A stretch of DNA of 63,686 nt, the filler included, from Choristocarpus tenellus KU-1152 (Eukaryota > Protista > Phaeophyceae), in the NCBI GenBank assembly GCA_964200185.2. It is 14 parts of 14 records of this genome, joined end to end, with 100 filler letters (N's around TTAATTAATTAA, not from the genome) between each part and the next. Parts side by side here need not be neighbours in the genome. Positions count along the whole stretch, not along the records: positions 59,818 to 63,686 come from CAXNAD020017484.1; 13 more parts are not named here. One strand, given 5' to 3'. This document shows positions 62,030 to 63,686 of this stretch, piece after piece. The translations under genes and the position numbers were made by a program. Numbering within the stretch: the first letter of the stretch is position 1; each line of letters begins with the position of its first letter. Under the pieces are notes generated by a model. It did no database searches. It was not told the DNA's origin and saw nothing but the letters and a program-made list of their open reading frames with translations.

Positions 62030-63600
62030 TAACAAATAACATCTTTCGAAGCCAAAAACCTTTGGTTGCAAATAGATAGCTTCAAAATATTTTTTCATTC
62101 CGAAATGGTTGAGAAAAACCGCCCCGTCAACGCAAACATTTTTTTCAGAAATGACAGATTTTGCAAGAACAGCAAATGCAGCCAAAAATGACTGGAAATC
62201 GTGGTTAATCGACCATAACGTCTCAACGAGACCTCCGATGAAGAAATGGTTAGCTGGTGCTATCCTGTACACGATGGGTGATACCTTTGAATGTACTTCA
62301 GATATACCCCTCCAACGGTGAACTAACTTCGGATTCGGACCATTAGTATCCTCAAGACCATCAGCGTCCTCAAGTAGCCCGTGGACTAGAGCTTTATCAC
62401 CAGGTATGAGAACGGGGAACAAGAGACGTTGGCACGTTAACGATTTTCATTATTTCAATTTGTTCACGGACATATTCCGGCATACCAGCTCAAATGTATT
62501 TTGTGAATTATATTTGGCTTGCTAAGTAAGACTCTCCAGTAGTAGCATTCGAAGCAGCTTTGAACCAACGATTAATGTCAATGGATAACCGAACTTGTCT
62601 TCCAATCAGAAAGAAAAATGGGGTTTCATGTCTCTTTGGACTAAAGACTATGCGCCATGGGCTAACTGTACGAAAGGCAGGGTAACTATGCCCCCAGTTA
62701 TCCGCACAAAGAGAGATATGCATTGCTAGCATAGAACATTGCAACGTAGCTTGTTTGCACTCTAACACAGAATTCCTGGGGTTGGTACGGTTTGGGTTTG
62801 GTTGTGTTGTATCCAAAGACAGACTGAAACTCTGCAAGGATAGTGTTTTCAAACACTTAGAGTCAAATCAACGAGAGATAGGCAGGGTTGCATTTTAAGG
62901 ATCCTAAGAAAGGAAAAAAATATTATATTTTGGACAATTACAGAAAGAGGCTCTGCTGAATTGTGATTTCACTATACATGTGCAAATGAGGATATCAATT
63001 TTATGTACACTGATGTGCACACTAAGCAATGAAATTGACGCATCGGAAAGAGTAAAAAAGATGGCTTAGAATGCGAAAGGGTCCAAACTTGCCTACCTCT
63101 CCAATGGTTTGACTATTGGTGCCTTGATTGGAGTGTACCAAATTGTGTTAAATCCTTGAATCAAACGAATCATTGGTTCTCATGAAGTGCTCTATGTAGA
63201 GGTTGAAGTCACGTTTGCCAAGGAGATAACCTGTAAAAACCTTTGATTGAATCGATGGTTTTAAAGAAATACTCCATGTAGAGTCTTGAGGTCTTGCATG
63301 AGAAGGGGTAACCTGAAGCACCGATGAATTCGATGTGATGAATCTTGGGACATCCTCTGTGTAGAGTTTGATTGAATACTAGAATGTGATGTACTGTTCT
63401 GCAGTGTTTTTGAACGAAGTGGTACACTTGGTTTGTATAGTCCTGTTACCTTGTGGACAAGGGAATGGATACCACCATTGAGGCAACGGAGGTACTCGAA
63501 ATTGAAAAATCGGATAGAGTGTCAAGTATAACTTTTAGCTTCCCAGGCTTATTTATGTGAGACAGTGAAATCATAAGCGTGAGGTGCAGTAGTCCAACTA
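62030..63600 (-). pseudogene. Decayed coding region, possibly a KDZ-like DNA transposase plus an unidentified downstream domain
   Basis: Chain of same-strand ORFs (63209-63427, 62508-62852, 61988-62422). Remnants YIEHF/HEN..GTNSQ..E resemble the KDZ D.FH...H...NSQ..EQ region. Part is repeated at 21900-22200. Confidence 0.3.
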
Positions 63601-63686
63601 GTAAGAATGTTATTCGTATCCTGAATTCTGGCTCAAAGTATCTGGGAGGGGGTGGCGGCTGTCCATTTGGGGTCAATTTTTTCATG

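Overview
This is eukaryotic DNA, not prokaryotic. The window is a pseudo-scaffold of 14 short contigs joined by an artificial ~100-nt linker (N-run + TTAATTAATTAA + N-run), so neighbourhoods across linkers carry no biological meaning. Intron-rich genes, TTAGGG tracts, ciliary B9D1 and the mix of transposable elements suggest a stramenopile, possibly a brown alga (inference). By manual splicing I can reconstruct a complete 8-exon mitochondrial carrier (SLC25 family, 363 aa) lying head-to-head with a 5-exon B9D1. Partial genes include exportin-1/CRM1, an ALG12-like mannosyltransferase exon, two ankyrin-repeat genes (one AKR1/ZDHHC17-like) and two low-complexity proteins. There are two tRNA genes, Ala-AGC and Ser-UGA. 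The rest is mostly transposable elements: a decayed Ty3/gypsy pol whose integrase ends in chromo-like and Tudor-like modules, solo or partial LTRs (one 53 bp upstream of tRNA-Ala), RTE-like LINE fragments, restriction-like endonuclease (RLE) non-LTR fragments, and possible DIRS/Ngaro and KDZ-like relics. A very abundant MITE superfamily (~15 copies or ends) shares the terminus G(G/A)NNNAAAGTATCT and has 3-bp target-site duplications (TSDs) of variable sequence. I found no CRISPR array or prokaryotic system, and no clearly new system is proven. The best leads are the reader-domain integrase, the MITE superfamily and the tRNA-adjacent LTR.
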